DNA of 64,000 bases from assembly GCF_964204645.1 (NCBI RefSeq), contig NC_134025.1, forward strand, positions 20,311,101 to 20,375,100. The letters run 5' to 3'. The position numbers were made by a program, and so were the translations under genes. The notes beneath the pieces are model-generated. The model searched no databases. It worked only from the letters and a program-made list of their open reading frames with translations, and was not told where the DNA came from. This document shows, piece by piece, positions 12,274 to 23,350 of the stretch; position 1 is the stretch's first letter; every line of letters begins with the position of its first letter. The stretch comes from Tubulanus polymorphus (Eukaryota; Animalia; Nemertea).

Positions 12274-15200
12274 AGAAGGGTCATTCTTAAGAATCCGCAG
12301 ACCTGCCCTGAGAGGCCACATGGCTTCTCAGGGCAGGAACCTGCCCTGAGAGGCCATTGGCGCAATTAAGCAGTATAAATGGAAAACTCGGCTATAATTC
12401 TGATGAAACGGCGAACTATCTCGCCGATGTTTGACATGCACATTGTCGAGTCATGAAATTAAATGGATTAAAATGAACTAAATTAAACGTATTGATATAT
12501 CGACACTTAACAAATAAAACGAAAGTAATATTTCAATTAAAATTCATTCATAATTAGAAATGTATTTTTAAAAAGTTATGTAGTTAACCGACGACGAAAA
12601 GTTATGGTGATTATATAAATTTCAAAGCATTAATTTAATTATTCAAATATCCTATAGGCCTACAGAAACAATTTGTGTCGTCCACTAATATTAGTGCGTT
12701 TCAATATGCTGTATATTCTAATTCAACAGTGAATTTTTCGGGAGTTTCTACTGCTTTCGCAGCAACTCTATTGTAGTTCTGCTGATCATATTTTTCTTCT
12801 CCGGGGTAAGGGTGGGTTGATCATATGTCATATTATTTTTCGTTAGGTTAATTACCTGAGCGCAGGCCAACTTTAATCAGTTTTATACTTTATCTAATGA
12901 CAATGGCATAATTATAGTTGCCACATGCAATAAGGCATACGCAATTGAATCTAATCTGATCAGCCCTGCGGGTGGTACGTAGTCTACTGTCGTCAACCTG
13001 CCCTGAGAGGCCATTTTAACTGCTGCAGTTCAAGTTCTGCAGATCACCTGCCCTGAGAGGCCAGTTCAACTGCTGCAGTTTGACTTCCGATATCAACCTG
13101 CCCTGAGAGGCCAGTTCAACTGCTGCAGTTTGACTTCTGATATCAACTTTCATTCTGCAGAAATCAACCTGCCCTGAGAGGCCAGTTTGAGGCAGTTTGA
13201 GTTCTGCAGATCACCTGCCCTGAGAGGCCAGTTCAACTGCTGCTGTTTGAGTTCTGATATCACCGGCCCTGAGAGGCAACTTTCATTTTGCAGATATCAA
13301 CCTGCCCTGAGAGGCCACTTTCATTCTGCACAAAATCAACCTGCCCTGAGAGGCCAGTTTAACTGCTGCTGTTTGAGTTCTGATATCACCTGCCCTGAGA
13401 GGCCAGTTTCATTCTGCAGATATCACCTGCCCTGAGAGGCCAGTTCAACTGCTGCAGTTTGACTTCTGATATCACCTGCCCTGAGAGGCCACTTTCATTC
13501 TGCAGAAATCAACCTGCCCTGAGAGGCCAGTTCAACTGCTGCAGTTTGACTCCCGATATCAACCTGCCCTGAGAGGCCAGTTTCATTCTGCAGATATCAC
13601 CTGCCCTGAGAGGCCAGTTCAACTGCTGCAGTTTGACTTCTGATATCACCTGCCCTGAGAGGCCACTTTCATTCTGCAGAAATCACCTGCCCTGAGAGGC
13701 CAGTTCAACTGCTGCAGTTTGACTTCTGATATCAACCTGCCCTGAGAGGCCAGTTCAACTGCTGCTGTTTGAGTTCTGATATCACCTACCCTGAGAGGCC
13801 ACTTTCATTTTGCAGATATCAACCTGCCCTGAGAGGCCACTTTCATTCTGCACAAAATCAACCTGCCCTGAGAGGCCAGTTTAACTGCTGCTATTTGAGT
13901 TCTGATATCACCTGCCCTGAGAGGCCTGTTTCATTCTGCAGATATCACCTGCCCTGAGAGGCCAGTTCAACTGCTGCAGTTTGACTTCCGATATCAACCT
14001 GCCCTGAGAGGCCAGTTTCATTCTGCAGATATCACCTGCCCTGAGAGGCCAGTTCAACTGCTGCAGTTTGACTTCTGATATCACCTGCCCTGAGAGGCCA
14101 CTTTCATTCTGCAGAAATCAACCTGCCCTGAGAGGCCAGTTCAACTGCTGCAGTTTGACTTCTGATATCAACCTGCCCTGAGAGGCCAGTTTAACTGCTG
14201 CTGTTTGAGTTCTGAAATCACCTGCCCTGAGAGGCCACTTTCATTCTGCAGAAATCAACCTGCCCTGAGAGGCCAGTTTCATTCTGCAGACATCACCTGC
14301 CCTGAGAGGCCAGTTCAACTGCTGCAGTTTGACTTCTGATATCACCTGCCCTGAGAGGCCACTTTCATTCTGCAGAAATCAACCTGCCCTGAGAGGCCAG
14401 TTCAACTGCTGCAGTTTGACTTCTGATATCAACCTGCCCTGAGAGGCCAGTTCAACTGCTGCTGTTTGAGTTCTGATATCACCTGCCCTGAGAGGCCTCT
14501 TTCATTTTGCAGATATCAACCTGCCCTGAGAGGCCAGTTCAACTGCTGCAGTTTGACTTCTGATATCAACCTGCCCTGAGAGGCCAGTTTAACTGCTGCT
14601 GTTTGAGTTCTGAAATCACCTGCCCTGAGAGGCCAGTTTTATTCTGCAGATATCACCTGCCCTGAGAGGCCAGTTTAACTGCTGCAGTTTGAGTTCTGCA
14701 GATCACCTGCCTTGAGAGGCCAGTTCAACTGCTGCAGTTTGACTTCCGATATCAACCTGCCCTGAGAGGCCAGTTTCATTCTGCATAAATCAACCTGCCC
14801 CGAGAGGCCAGTTCAACTGCTGCAGATTGACTTCCGATGTCAACCTGCCCTGAGAGGCCACTTTCATTCTGCAGAAATCAACCTGCCCCGAGAGGCCAGT
14901 TCAACTGCTGCAGTTTGACTTCGGATACCACCTGCCCTGAGAGGCCTGTTCAACTGCTGCAGTTTGACTTCTGATATCAACCTGCCCTGAGAGGCCAGTT
15001 CAACTTCTGCTGTTTGAGTTCTGATATCACCTGCCCTGAGAGGCCACTTTCATTTTGCAGATATCAACCTGCCCTGAGAGGCCACTTTCATTCTGCAGAA
15101 ATCAACCTGCCCTGAGAGGCCAGTTTAACTGCTGCTGTTTGAGTTCTGAAATCACCTGCCCTGAGAGGCCAGTTTCATTCTGCAGATATCATCTGCCCTG

Positions 15201-16244
15201 AGAGGCCAGTTTAACTGCTGCAGTTTGACTTCCGATATCAACCTGCCCTGAGAGGCCAGTTTCATTCTGCATAAATCAACCTGCCCCGAGAGCTGCTCTA
15301 GTTTGACTTCCAATATCAACCTGCCCTGAGAGGCCAGTTTCGTTTCGATAATACAGATTTTTCCTACATTTGCAATCTAGGCTAGGCCTCACGCATGTTA
15401 CCAAAATGAGTTTAGAAAATGTGTCGTATGTTTTATATTGACGTAATGAGAAATTGCGGCATGCTCTCCTCATCTCTTCGTCACCTCCCATTAATGTGTG
15501 AGCAAGCCGATAGCCAGTTCAATTACGATGCGATAAGGACTTTGTTATTTAACACAAGTGCATTCATATTTAGTGATGCAAACAATGTATAGAAATACGT
15601 ATGCAAATGTAACACAAGAAAGTGAAGTGCAAAGAAATTAGAAGAAACATATAGCACGTTAATCGTAAATTATAGATTACAAATAAAAACAGCGGAATCA
15701 TATAATTTAATTTTTACAAAAAACTTGTATCATCGTTATCATTAATTACCTAACATAGCAGCAAAATTCTATTCCTGAGAATAATTGTGATTTTTCTTCT
15801 TCATTAAGTTATAGATGAAATTTTTTATGATGTTTTGATAAGAATTGTTCCCACAGAGAAAAGTTTTTTTCATTTTTTTTTTATTTCTATGAAAAATATT
15901 GGTATTTTTTAATTTGTTTCTGAAAAATATCAATTCTAATTCTATTTTCTTATATATTTCAACAAAAATTCATATTTTGATTTTAGGTAACTTTTGTTTC
16001 CTTCGTCTTGACTTTTTAACTGTTTTAGCTTAATATGATTAAAAGCATTTGTATTTCTCAATTTATTTCTATAGAATACAGCGTAGTCTTCTATGTATGA
16101 TCGAAAACTTTAGTTTGAATCTGAATATCCCGATCACCTTGCCACCATTTCAGCTTACTCTGTTGTATGGGTTTTCATTTTCTATTTATTCAAACGACTG
16201 GCCTCTCAGGGCAGGTTCTGGAAAATCTGCAGAATGACTCATAT
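12274..16244. mobile_element. Non-autonomous foldback/Mutator(MULE)-like DNA element of about 3.97 kb carrying an internal minisatellite
   Basis: 10-bp direct repeat gccatggacg at 12264-12273 and 16245-16254. Imperfect ~45-bp TIRs: agaagggtcattct...acctgccctgagaggcca versus tggcctctcagggcaggt...agaatgactcatat. No transposase ORF seen. Superfamily is inferred from TSD length. Confidence 0.75.
12996..15336 (+). repeat. Two-unit minisatellite: about 53 copies of acctgccctgagaggcca separated by a long (~31-32 bp) or short (~19-21 bp) linker
   Basis: Long linker gttcaactgctgcagtttgacttctgatatc(a); short linker ctttcattctgcagaaatca. Unit lengths are about 49-50 and 37-39 bp in irregular order. Count made by eye. 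Confidence 0.95.
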
Positions 16245-16274
16245 GCCATGGACGGGGATAGCCACTTTTGAAAA

Positions 16275-16995
16275 ATGAATAAAATAAGGAGAGAATCCCA
16301 CAATGATAATAAAAAGTCCGAAAAAGAGCATAAATTAGATGTAAAAAACTTTAAACCTGAAAGCGGAGTTGCTAGTCATGTTTTTCAGACTTCACACAAT
16401 TTTGATTTTGCTAATGCTGAATTAATTTACCCTTGCAGCGATAAAACTAGAAGACATATCTTGGAATCTGCATTAATTATTGAAAATTCGAACAACGTTG
16501 TAAACCTTAACAATGGTTTTTCACCCCATAATAAACTTATATCAAAATTCCTCTGTAAACTGGTTAAACTCAAGACTTGATTTCCCCTTTGATTATTTGT
16601 TATTTGTTCTCTCATCAATTTCGTCTCTGACTTAACTTGTATTCACCTTTGTTTTAATTTAAGTGCCCCCTAGTTTGTCTTTCTTTTTACTACTGACTTT
16701 AAGTTTCATTTATATTTATACTCACTATTGTTGTTTATAATCACCCCTTAGTTTGCTTCCCTTTAATCTATTTTAGCGTGTAACTGCTTCTACGTTAATT
16801 TTCCTTTAGTTTGTATCATCTCTGATTACTTGAATTAGTCTCTTTGTCTCTGGATTGTATATATATCTCATAATTTCTGTAGTATCTCATTATTCCTGAA
16901 GATGACTATTAGGATATAGTCGAAACATTGAAATAAACTACTATCTCGAAGTTTTTTTTTCGGACTTTTTATTATCATTGTGGGATTCCTTCCTC
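16275..16995 (+). mobile_element. 5'-truncated Penelope-like retroelement: C-terminal part of the GIY-YIG endonuclease plus 3' UTR/pseudo-LTR
   Basis: ORF 16275-16580 reads KEHKLDV..SGVASHVFQTSHNFDF..RRHILESALI..VNLNNG (EH..S.VA.H...H.FDF...LES..I...N...G pattern of PLE endonucleases). A T-rich UTR and hammerhead motif follow. Confidence 0.85.
16890..16936 (+). ncRNA. Minimal Penelope-type hammerhead ribozyme motif
   Basis: ttattc-CTGAAGA-t-gactat(taggat)atagtc-GAAA-catt-gaaataa: conserved core, 6-bp stem II, and stem I from ttattc/gaaataa. Confidence 0.7.
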
Positions 16996-17079
16996 ATCGC
17001 GTCAACACGGATATAGTGTTCTACCAATCGTGATGAATAAAATATTTGAATTTGAATTGACCGACTAAGAAGAACTTAC

Positions 17080-17233
17080 ATTGCGCCGGTGGTTTGCAAA
17101 CATAGCGTCCGAAAAGTGGGCTTTGTTTTGCTCGACGTTTAAGCATCGCTGCGAGAGGTTTGCTAATTTGTTTGATGACGAGCGTACCCAGTTTTATGAC
17201 TGGAAACGCCGATTGTAAGCAATAAATCCTCAT
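17080..17233 (-). CDS. OPA3: Optic atrophy 3 protein homolog, exon 1
   Basis: aaacATG at 17233. MRIYCLQSAFPVIKLGTLVIKQISKPLAAMLKRRAKQSPLFGRYVCKPPAQ matches the recalled OPA3 N-terminus (AFP..KL..L.I.Q.SKPLA..IK..A..S..F..YIC.PPAQ). Phase-1 donor gtaag at 17079. An in-frame upstream ATG at 17263 is an alternative start. Confidence 0.92.
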
Positions 17234-17239
17234 GTTTCG

Positions 17240-17593
17240 TCGAACCCGGAAGTAATATCGCATGATTTGCCGCGGACCTGCGTTTGAACGAAAAAAATAC
17301 CATTTCTCATTAAATATAGAGAGTTGAAAATTCTAAAATACGAATTTAGTTTTTATAAATCTGTTTACATTTTTAGATGATAAGTTTATATGCTGTATTT
17401 CAATGATTGGCACTTTCACTGCCGCGATGTAGCGCATCTGTGTGTCACTTCTCACGCTCTAGCTCTGAGCTCTCACTCGGATAACATTCTGACATTACAC
17501 ACACATTGCACACACTCGGGGATAGAGATGATGGTGTTTTAAACGCTCACCGCCGCCGCTACGATATGATTTAACTCGCCAAAAACAAGTGTC
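17240..17593. promoter_or_regulatory. Putative bidirectional promoter between OPA3 and the SYT14/16-like gene
   Basis: ETS motif ccggaagt at 17246-17253 next to the OPA3 ATG; CpG-rich patches at 17240-17290 and 17420-17580; strong plus-strand donor gtaagt at 17607. Confidence 0.5.
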
Positions 17594-17606
17594 ATGACCA
17601 GAGATC
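17594..17606 (+). CDS. Candidate distal first exon of the SYT14/16-like gene (MTRD, phase 1); may instead be a 5' UTR exon
   Basis: atg acc aga gat c|gtaagt; in frame with the TM exon at 39030. Short upstream ATGs exist. Confidence 0.4.
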
Positions 17607-18043
17607 GTAAGTAAAATAGGGATAGCTTCTTCAATCTGTTCTGTTCTGCTGCCCTGGTGGTGGTGGTGGTGGGTAGTCAAAGAAGACTGTGGAAGAGGTC
17701 AGGAGCAATTATGAGAACAAATTGGCAATGTTCAATATATTCATGATGACTGTGATATAATCAGTTTAGGGTCCAGTTAGTTTATTTCTTCACAATTGAT
17801 TTTTCAGTAATAAACTATGTAATAAGATCATAAGAAAATCAAAGTGGCTATTCTGAATGTATGATTTTAGGGAGTGGATATTTTGCCAATGCGGCATTAT
17901 TTTAGTAAACGCTATTTTGCCAATGGCTATATATAATAAGATATAGTAATAAAATATAACAATAAAATCATTATAGTGGGTTTAGGGTTAGGGTTTGATA
18001 GGGTTAGGGTTAGGTGAGGCTAATGTAGTGAAAACTTGTGAAA

Positions 18044-18906
18044 GCCCTGTGGTCTAGTGGAAAGACTTTAGACTCACAGGGGTTTGGCGATGGGCTTGGA
18101 TTTTATTTCCGGGTTGTTGATAATCTTGCGAGAATGGCGCTAAATATGAACTGCGAATAAATTCAAAATATCACGGAAATAACTTGTGTTTATATTGTTT
18201 ATTTATCCGCTATAAAGTTCTGATAAACAATTGGTCGTTAAGAATCATTCAGACGGTCGTCACGCTTTTCTATATAAAATAATAAGGGATGAAACGCCAG
18301 GCCTCCGCTGTACTTAAATTTTCAGCCAGAAAGTTGGGACAGTCACGTGACATTCTGATGACGTCATCACATTTAAAACTTCAACATAAAAAGTTAGGCC
18401 TAACATATTCACAGACCGATATCAATTGTCAGATTATGATTCATATGAAATAAATAACCTATAAAGAATAAATTATGATGAAATATATAATTCATTGTAA
18501 AAAAATACATTTGAATGTAAGTTATTCTTAAATATTTTTCGTATCATAGTTTCCGTCTTAGATGCTTCGGGTTTGCATTCAGTCAAATAAGAAGCGTTAA
18601 GTCACGTGACTGTCCCAGCTTTCTGGCTGGCACGACTTGAACTGCGTTTCATCCCTTGTTATTTTATATAGTAGCGTGACGACCGTCTGATAATGATTCT
18701 TAACGACCAATTGTTTATGGAAACTTTATAGCCGATAAATAAACAATATAAACACAAGGTATTTCCGTGATATTTTGAATTTATTCGCAGTTCATATTTA
18801 GCGCCATTCTCGCGAGATTATCAACAACCCGGAAATAAAATCCAAGCCCATCGCCAAACCCCTGTGTTTAGACTAGCAATCTGCTGGTCCGGGTTCGAAT
18901 GCTGCT
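18044..18906 (+). pseudogene. Degenerate tRNA-Ala(AGC)-like sequence split by a MITE insertion
   Basis: Removing the insert and one TSD gives gccctgTGGTCTAGTGGaaagactttaga-ctAGCaa-tctgctggtccgGGTTCGAATGCtg: A box, 7-nt anticodon loop and B box. Acceptor and T stems are degenerate. Confidence 0.55.
18075..18866. mobile_element. 792-bp near-palindromic MITE with ~270-bp TIRs and 8-bp TSD (P- or hAT-type)
   Basis: cacaggggtttggcgatgggcttgg...gtcacgtgac (18075-18351) is mirrored at 18601-18866; TSD tttagact at 18067-18074 and 18867-18874. Confidence 0.9.
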
Positions 18907-21900
18907 CTATGCTCCTGTTTTCTCTAACTCTGTTCTTCACACTTTCCTTGAATTTTCTTAGTTGAGCACCTCAGTGTGCATGCGCAGCGTCAATTAGCCA
19001 ATCAGAACGAGCCATTGGCAAAATAGCGTTAGGCCTAACAGGAATAATGCCACATTGGCAAAATATCACCTGCCATGATTTTAACTGCAGAAATTTAGGC
19101 TTAAGTCTTTCAACCTTAATTTAAGAGCGTGTTTGGAAGGGAATAAAACAACAATACTGTGACATACTGTGATTTTGTTGCTTTTTAGGACAGTTTGGAA
19201 AATAAAAACCTGAGACTCAGCCTTCTCACTATGAAGCGCTATCTCAGTGGTTACACAGGAGACTCAAATGTTTCAATGTCCAGAAATTGCGCAGAACGAA
19301 AAGCCAGTTTATCTTTCTGAAGATATCTAGCCTGAGAAGCTAATAGGCAGGGTGACCTGGGAATTTTATTAAGTCAGGAATAGGGAATTTCGTAAAATCG
19401 TGGAAAAGTCAGGGAAATTTGTTAAGACAGCTAGATACGCCTAAATTCAAACAGTGCTCATTTACGTCTTAATACATTTTTGACTGTGTTAATTGATCAG
19501 ATTTTTAGCAGATATGAGTCAGGGAAAACAACGTAGGCTACATGTCAGGGAATAGTAATCATGGAAAAGTCGGACTAAAAGAAGTCAAATACATTTGTAA
19601 ATGTGGCGACCCTGATTGGGGCTATCTTTTCCCTGGCTAAATTAGGATTCTAGGTTCATGAAACAAGTTGAAATCATGTCAAATCTAAAAGGGTAACCTA
19701 TAGGGATGGTATCATCATATAAGTTTATGGAAGTTTAATTTTTTACCTACTACTAAGATCACCTTAGTAGTAGTACAAATGGATTTTTTGGGTAGGTAGT
19801 TGAATAGATTTTGTCTTTTGTACATGCCTAGGCCTACCTTTGTAGCCTAAGTGCCACATAGCCTTGTATTACCAATTCTTATCTGTCTGGCCAACATTTA
19901 AATTGTATAGGCCTTTTTGAAAAATGGCCTCCTATGATTCAAACATAGAAGTTAGAACCACGAAATGATTATTGGATTTTCTCAACATGACCGTCATGTC
20001 ATATGAGTCTCTATTCCAGATGTCATCATTCAAAGCCAATCCCTAATTCACTCTTATGTTAAGTATTTCCCATTGCATCGCATTTTTGAACAGTGACAAT
20101 TTCTAATTTCTAAGTCGGCTTTCATGTCATTGACGAGACTATTAAGGATTTTGTTAGAAGCTGAGTTATACAACAACATTTAACGCTCTAGAATTGCGTA
20201 TTAAACGCACAATATGTGCGATATAGGTATTTATGATACCTATAGTGGTCATATTGAATATGTTTAATGCTGTTATATATACTCCAGTTATTTTTCAGCT
20301 GTTACACACCTATTAGAACTTAAAAACAGTTCAACTAGATATCAAATAAATATATGTCACGTTACAATAATTTACAAACTTAGGCTGTTTAAAATATTTT
20401 GAATTTGTCAATAGTAGAACCCGTGCATACTAGTAGAGTGGTAGCTCGTTAATACGAATCTTGTGGGCAAAAGTGAAATTCTCGTATTAAAAAGGTTGCG
20501 TATTATCCAAAGCTTGATTGGTACAAATATCTTAGGTAAGCTGGGACATGCTAGAAATTATTGTAATAAACTGGTTAATGAGGTTAGGCCTACTGTAATC
20601 TAGAGCATCACACTGTAGAATCAGTCAGCCCTGATCTTCATTATCTACCACCCATATTTTTTCTCCAGAAAACTTAAATCTACGATTTTAAAATTTAGTT
20701 CATCAATCAAAATCGTCTTCAGCAAATAAACTACCCTACTCGATTGTTGGTCGAAGAATCATTGGTTCCAGGAGTATAGAAAGGCTACAGGAGTTTTTTT
20801 TTCTTTTGATTTTGGCTTTCACAGTTGAGCAAGGACAGCTAAATAATGACTAAACGAATTAAAATGCATTGTTTCCTCTTGATTCTTTTCGTTGCACCTG
20901 GCTTATGAAACAATTGAATATGAATGTATCTATACACCCATAATCATAGATCGATAGTCGAGTAGGGGCCTACATAGTTTTAGAATACCGTGTACTAACT
21001 AGACTCCGTGGTTTTATTGACTCAAAACAGCCGAAACAGCCCGTAATGAGATATCGCCTGGATGTAACGTCGAGAGTATCATAAAACCAACCGGCCCTTT
21101 GAAACATCGGATAGGCATATATAATCATTATATTGATGATGATAATAATAATTATAATAATGCTTACACGGGCCATTTGCAGATGTTAAATGACGCAATG
21201 AATAGTGATATGTCATTTTCGGTATTCGCGTCCATGGCATTTTAGACGCCATTGCTTAGCCTTAGTTGACCAAAAAGCTGGATTGAGTTCGATAATAGAA
21301 TTATGAAATCGTACTGCTCTATTATTCTTGCACAGCTTCTCTCTGAATTTCAGCATGGATTCTATACTACATATGATTATGCACTTTGGTTACAGATGTG
21401 ACGGTGAATTGAACCTAAATGAGTGTAAATCATCTATGAAAAAACAGGTGTATAAGCGTTTGGAATTATTCTATACATTACAAATTACAAACTAAATGCT
21501 ATCAAGGCATATTTGATAAAACCCATCGCATATTTTAACAATGTAAGCACATTAAAACTGGGATTAGATGAAAATTCAACATTGCATATACGCGTGTAGA
21601 AAATGGCCCAAATTCGTAATATATGACTTAGTGCAGAAATCCAGCTTCACAAGATGGCTGATTAGTGGCCATCTTGGATTAAATTGCATTTTGGCCTATG
21701 ACTCGTAGTTCATTACAGAACATTGATATTTCTCATGAGAATGTTATGATTTCATGAATTTTTGATATAATCTTGGTCATAATGCCAGTATGGCTGACTG
21801 GCAGCGATATTTGATTCCAAAAATGTATATTTTGGCCTACTGGATGGATTTTATGTAATATTATGTAAAGTTTTACATCTAATGCTTCATTCTACTTGTA

Positions 21901-23157
21901 GATTAAATTCATCAAATTAAATTACTCTGTTAATTAGAACTAATTGAATGAGAATGATATTTTTTGGGACACCCTGTAAAGTGATTTAAAAAAATTTACA
22001 TCTTCGCCTAAAACTGAATTTCTTTTCTTAAGTGCAACAATATCTTATGAATGAATTAATTTTCAGGGAATAACTGATGAGAAACCTAATAACTGCATAG
22101 CAATCTTTAAAAATAAAGCATATGTTGTCACGGGACCACCTGGGTTTGGGTGGTTATCTTGGCAATGGGATGTACACGCTAAAATCTAGTTGTTAATAGG
22201 GCCTATGTGTTTTACGATATATATTTTTCACTATCTAATCCGTCAGTATATTCCCCTATTTTCAGCTGCTCGACAGTAAACTTAATGATGCATTTTACAG
22301 GTATCATAAACTGTGTTGTACGTTGATTCTGTTGTGAATGCGTAGATTACCTACATTGTATTTACCCCGCATCGTCGTCATTTTGAATTCATTTCAACCG
22401 ACCATTATTATTTACAATTCGTCGATCTGCTTTTGTTGACTTTTTTTTCGATTTATCGGTTATTTTAATAATTTTGAACACTACTTATCTAAGATAAATA
22501 TTGTGACACACTGAACTACTACACTGCTAATACCACCGACAGTAAAAAATTCTATGTATTTGTTTATTCTAAAAGTCATTTTCCTCCAGTTGTTGTTCAT
22601 ATCAAACAGATACAGTTGGACATATAACAATTATACGCATGTTGATATATGATAATTTTCCATTCTGTTGACCTATCCTAATAATAATTCTATCTTCTAT
22701 TACATGTATTATGAAGGACCTGTAAATGTTCTGTCGTATCTAACTAGTAGTTAGTCTGCTTTATATGTCCTATTGGTAATGATATATATTATGCCTACGC
22801 AACCGAGTTGAAAAGATGACAAGTTTGCTGATTGAATGTTCGAAGGGACTGACAACTTTTTGGTCTCTGGTGGGCTGTATGAATAGATGTGTTCAGGTCA
22901 CCACGACTGGTGACTTTCTCAGTCGCCACCACACTCGAAATCCAGTTCTTTCTGGTTCCGTCGCATTATTGGGGCTACTTAAGCGGGGCGTTAGACAGTA
23001 CAATATTACTGAACTTTTCATATTCACTTCATTATACGTCCTTCAACAAGTAGTTGTGTGATTTGGTGCTTAGCAAAGGATTTTCCACTACTGTTTCAAG
23101 CAAAATTTTAAAAACGGGTGAAAATCATTGAAAGCGTTGAAGTACATGGTGAATAAA

Positions 23158-23350
23158 CATCCACCTGGCTGAGTAGCGTACTACATTACAAGGCTTGCTA
23201 AGTAGTGCTTAATCTCCGTTCCTACAACAGAAAATATATGACCGCCTCAGGACAGTACCTGGACCGGGTTTTCCAATCACTCTCTGTGCTTGCTAAGCCG
23301 GTTATTTTGGTACTGTCCAGAATAAGCTCTGAATAGGCCTCGGATGATTT
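23158..23350 (+). repeat. Dispersed repeat, homologous to about 26247-26430
   Basis: Shared ggcttgctaag...cctc.g.ac.gtacctgga..gggtttt...cactct...cttgctaagcc...ttttggtac.gt...gaataa. Confidence 0.6.

Larger units (their letters stand above)
17870..19074. mobile_element. Non-autonomous Mutator-like element with 9-bp TSD, TTAGGG-like repeats and a tRNA-like segment
   Basis: TSD atgatttta at 17861-17869 and 19075-19083; ~60-bp imperfect TIRs each with two tattttgccaatg repeats; tttagggttagggtttgatagggttagggttagg at about 17981-18014. Confidence 0.8.

Noticed and set aside
13187-13957. ORFs with repeated PALRGQFNCC peptides
   Set aside because: Translation artefacts of the minisatellite; unit lengths of 37-39 and 49-50 bp do not preserve frame.
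12996-15336. CRISPR array (constant repeat with intervening spacers)
   Set aside because: The spacers are not unique but fall into two recurring classes, the repeat is only ~18 bp, no cas genes are present, and the array lies in a spliceosomal intron within a TSD-flanked element.
17981-18014. Interstitial telomere or chromosome fusion scar
   Set aside because: Only a few imperfect TTAGGG units, embedded in a dispersed element that recurs at about 11900-12040.
18044-18906. Functional tRNA-Ala gene with an intron, or a Dada element insertion
   Set aside because: Acceptor and T stems are degenerate. The insert has long TIRs and an 8-bp TSD, unlike tRNA introns or Dada elements, which lack long TIRs.
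21336-21447. Possible SYT14 exon (cagcATGg; MDSILHMIMHFGYRCD...)
   Set aside because: Acceptor-like AGs are present, but the better donor (cag|gtgtat) is phase 0 and the phase-1 donor (g|gtgaat) is weak. It could be a UTR exon; not supportable from sequence alone.
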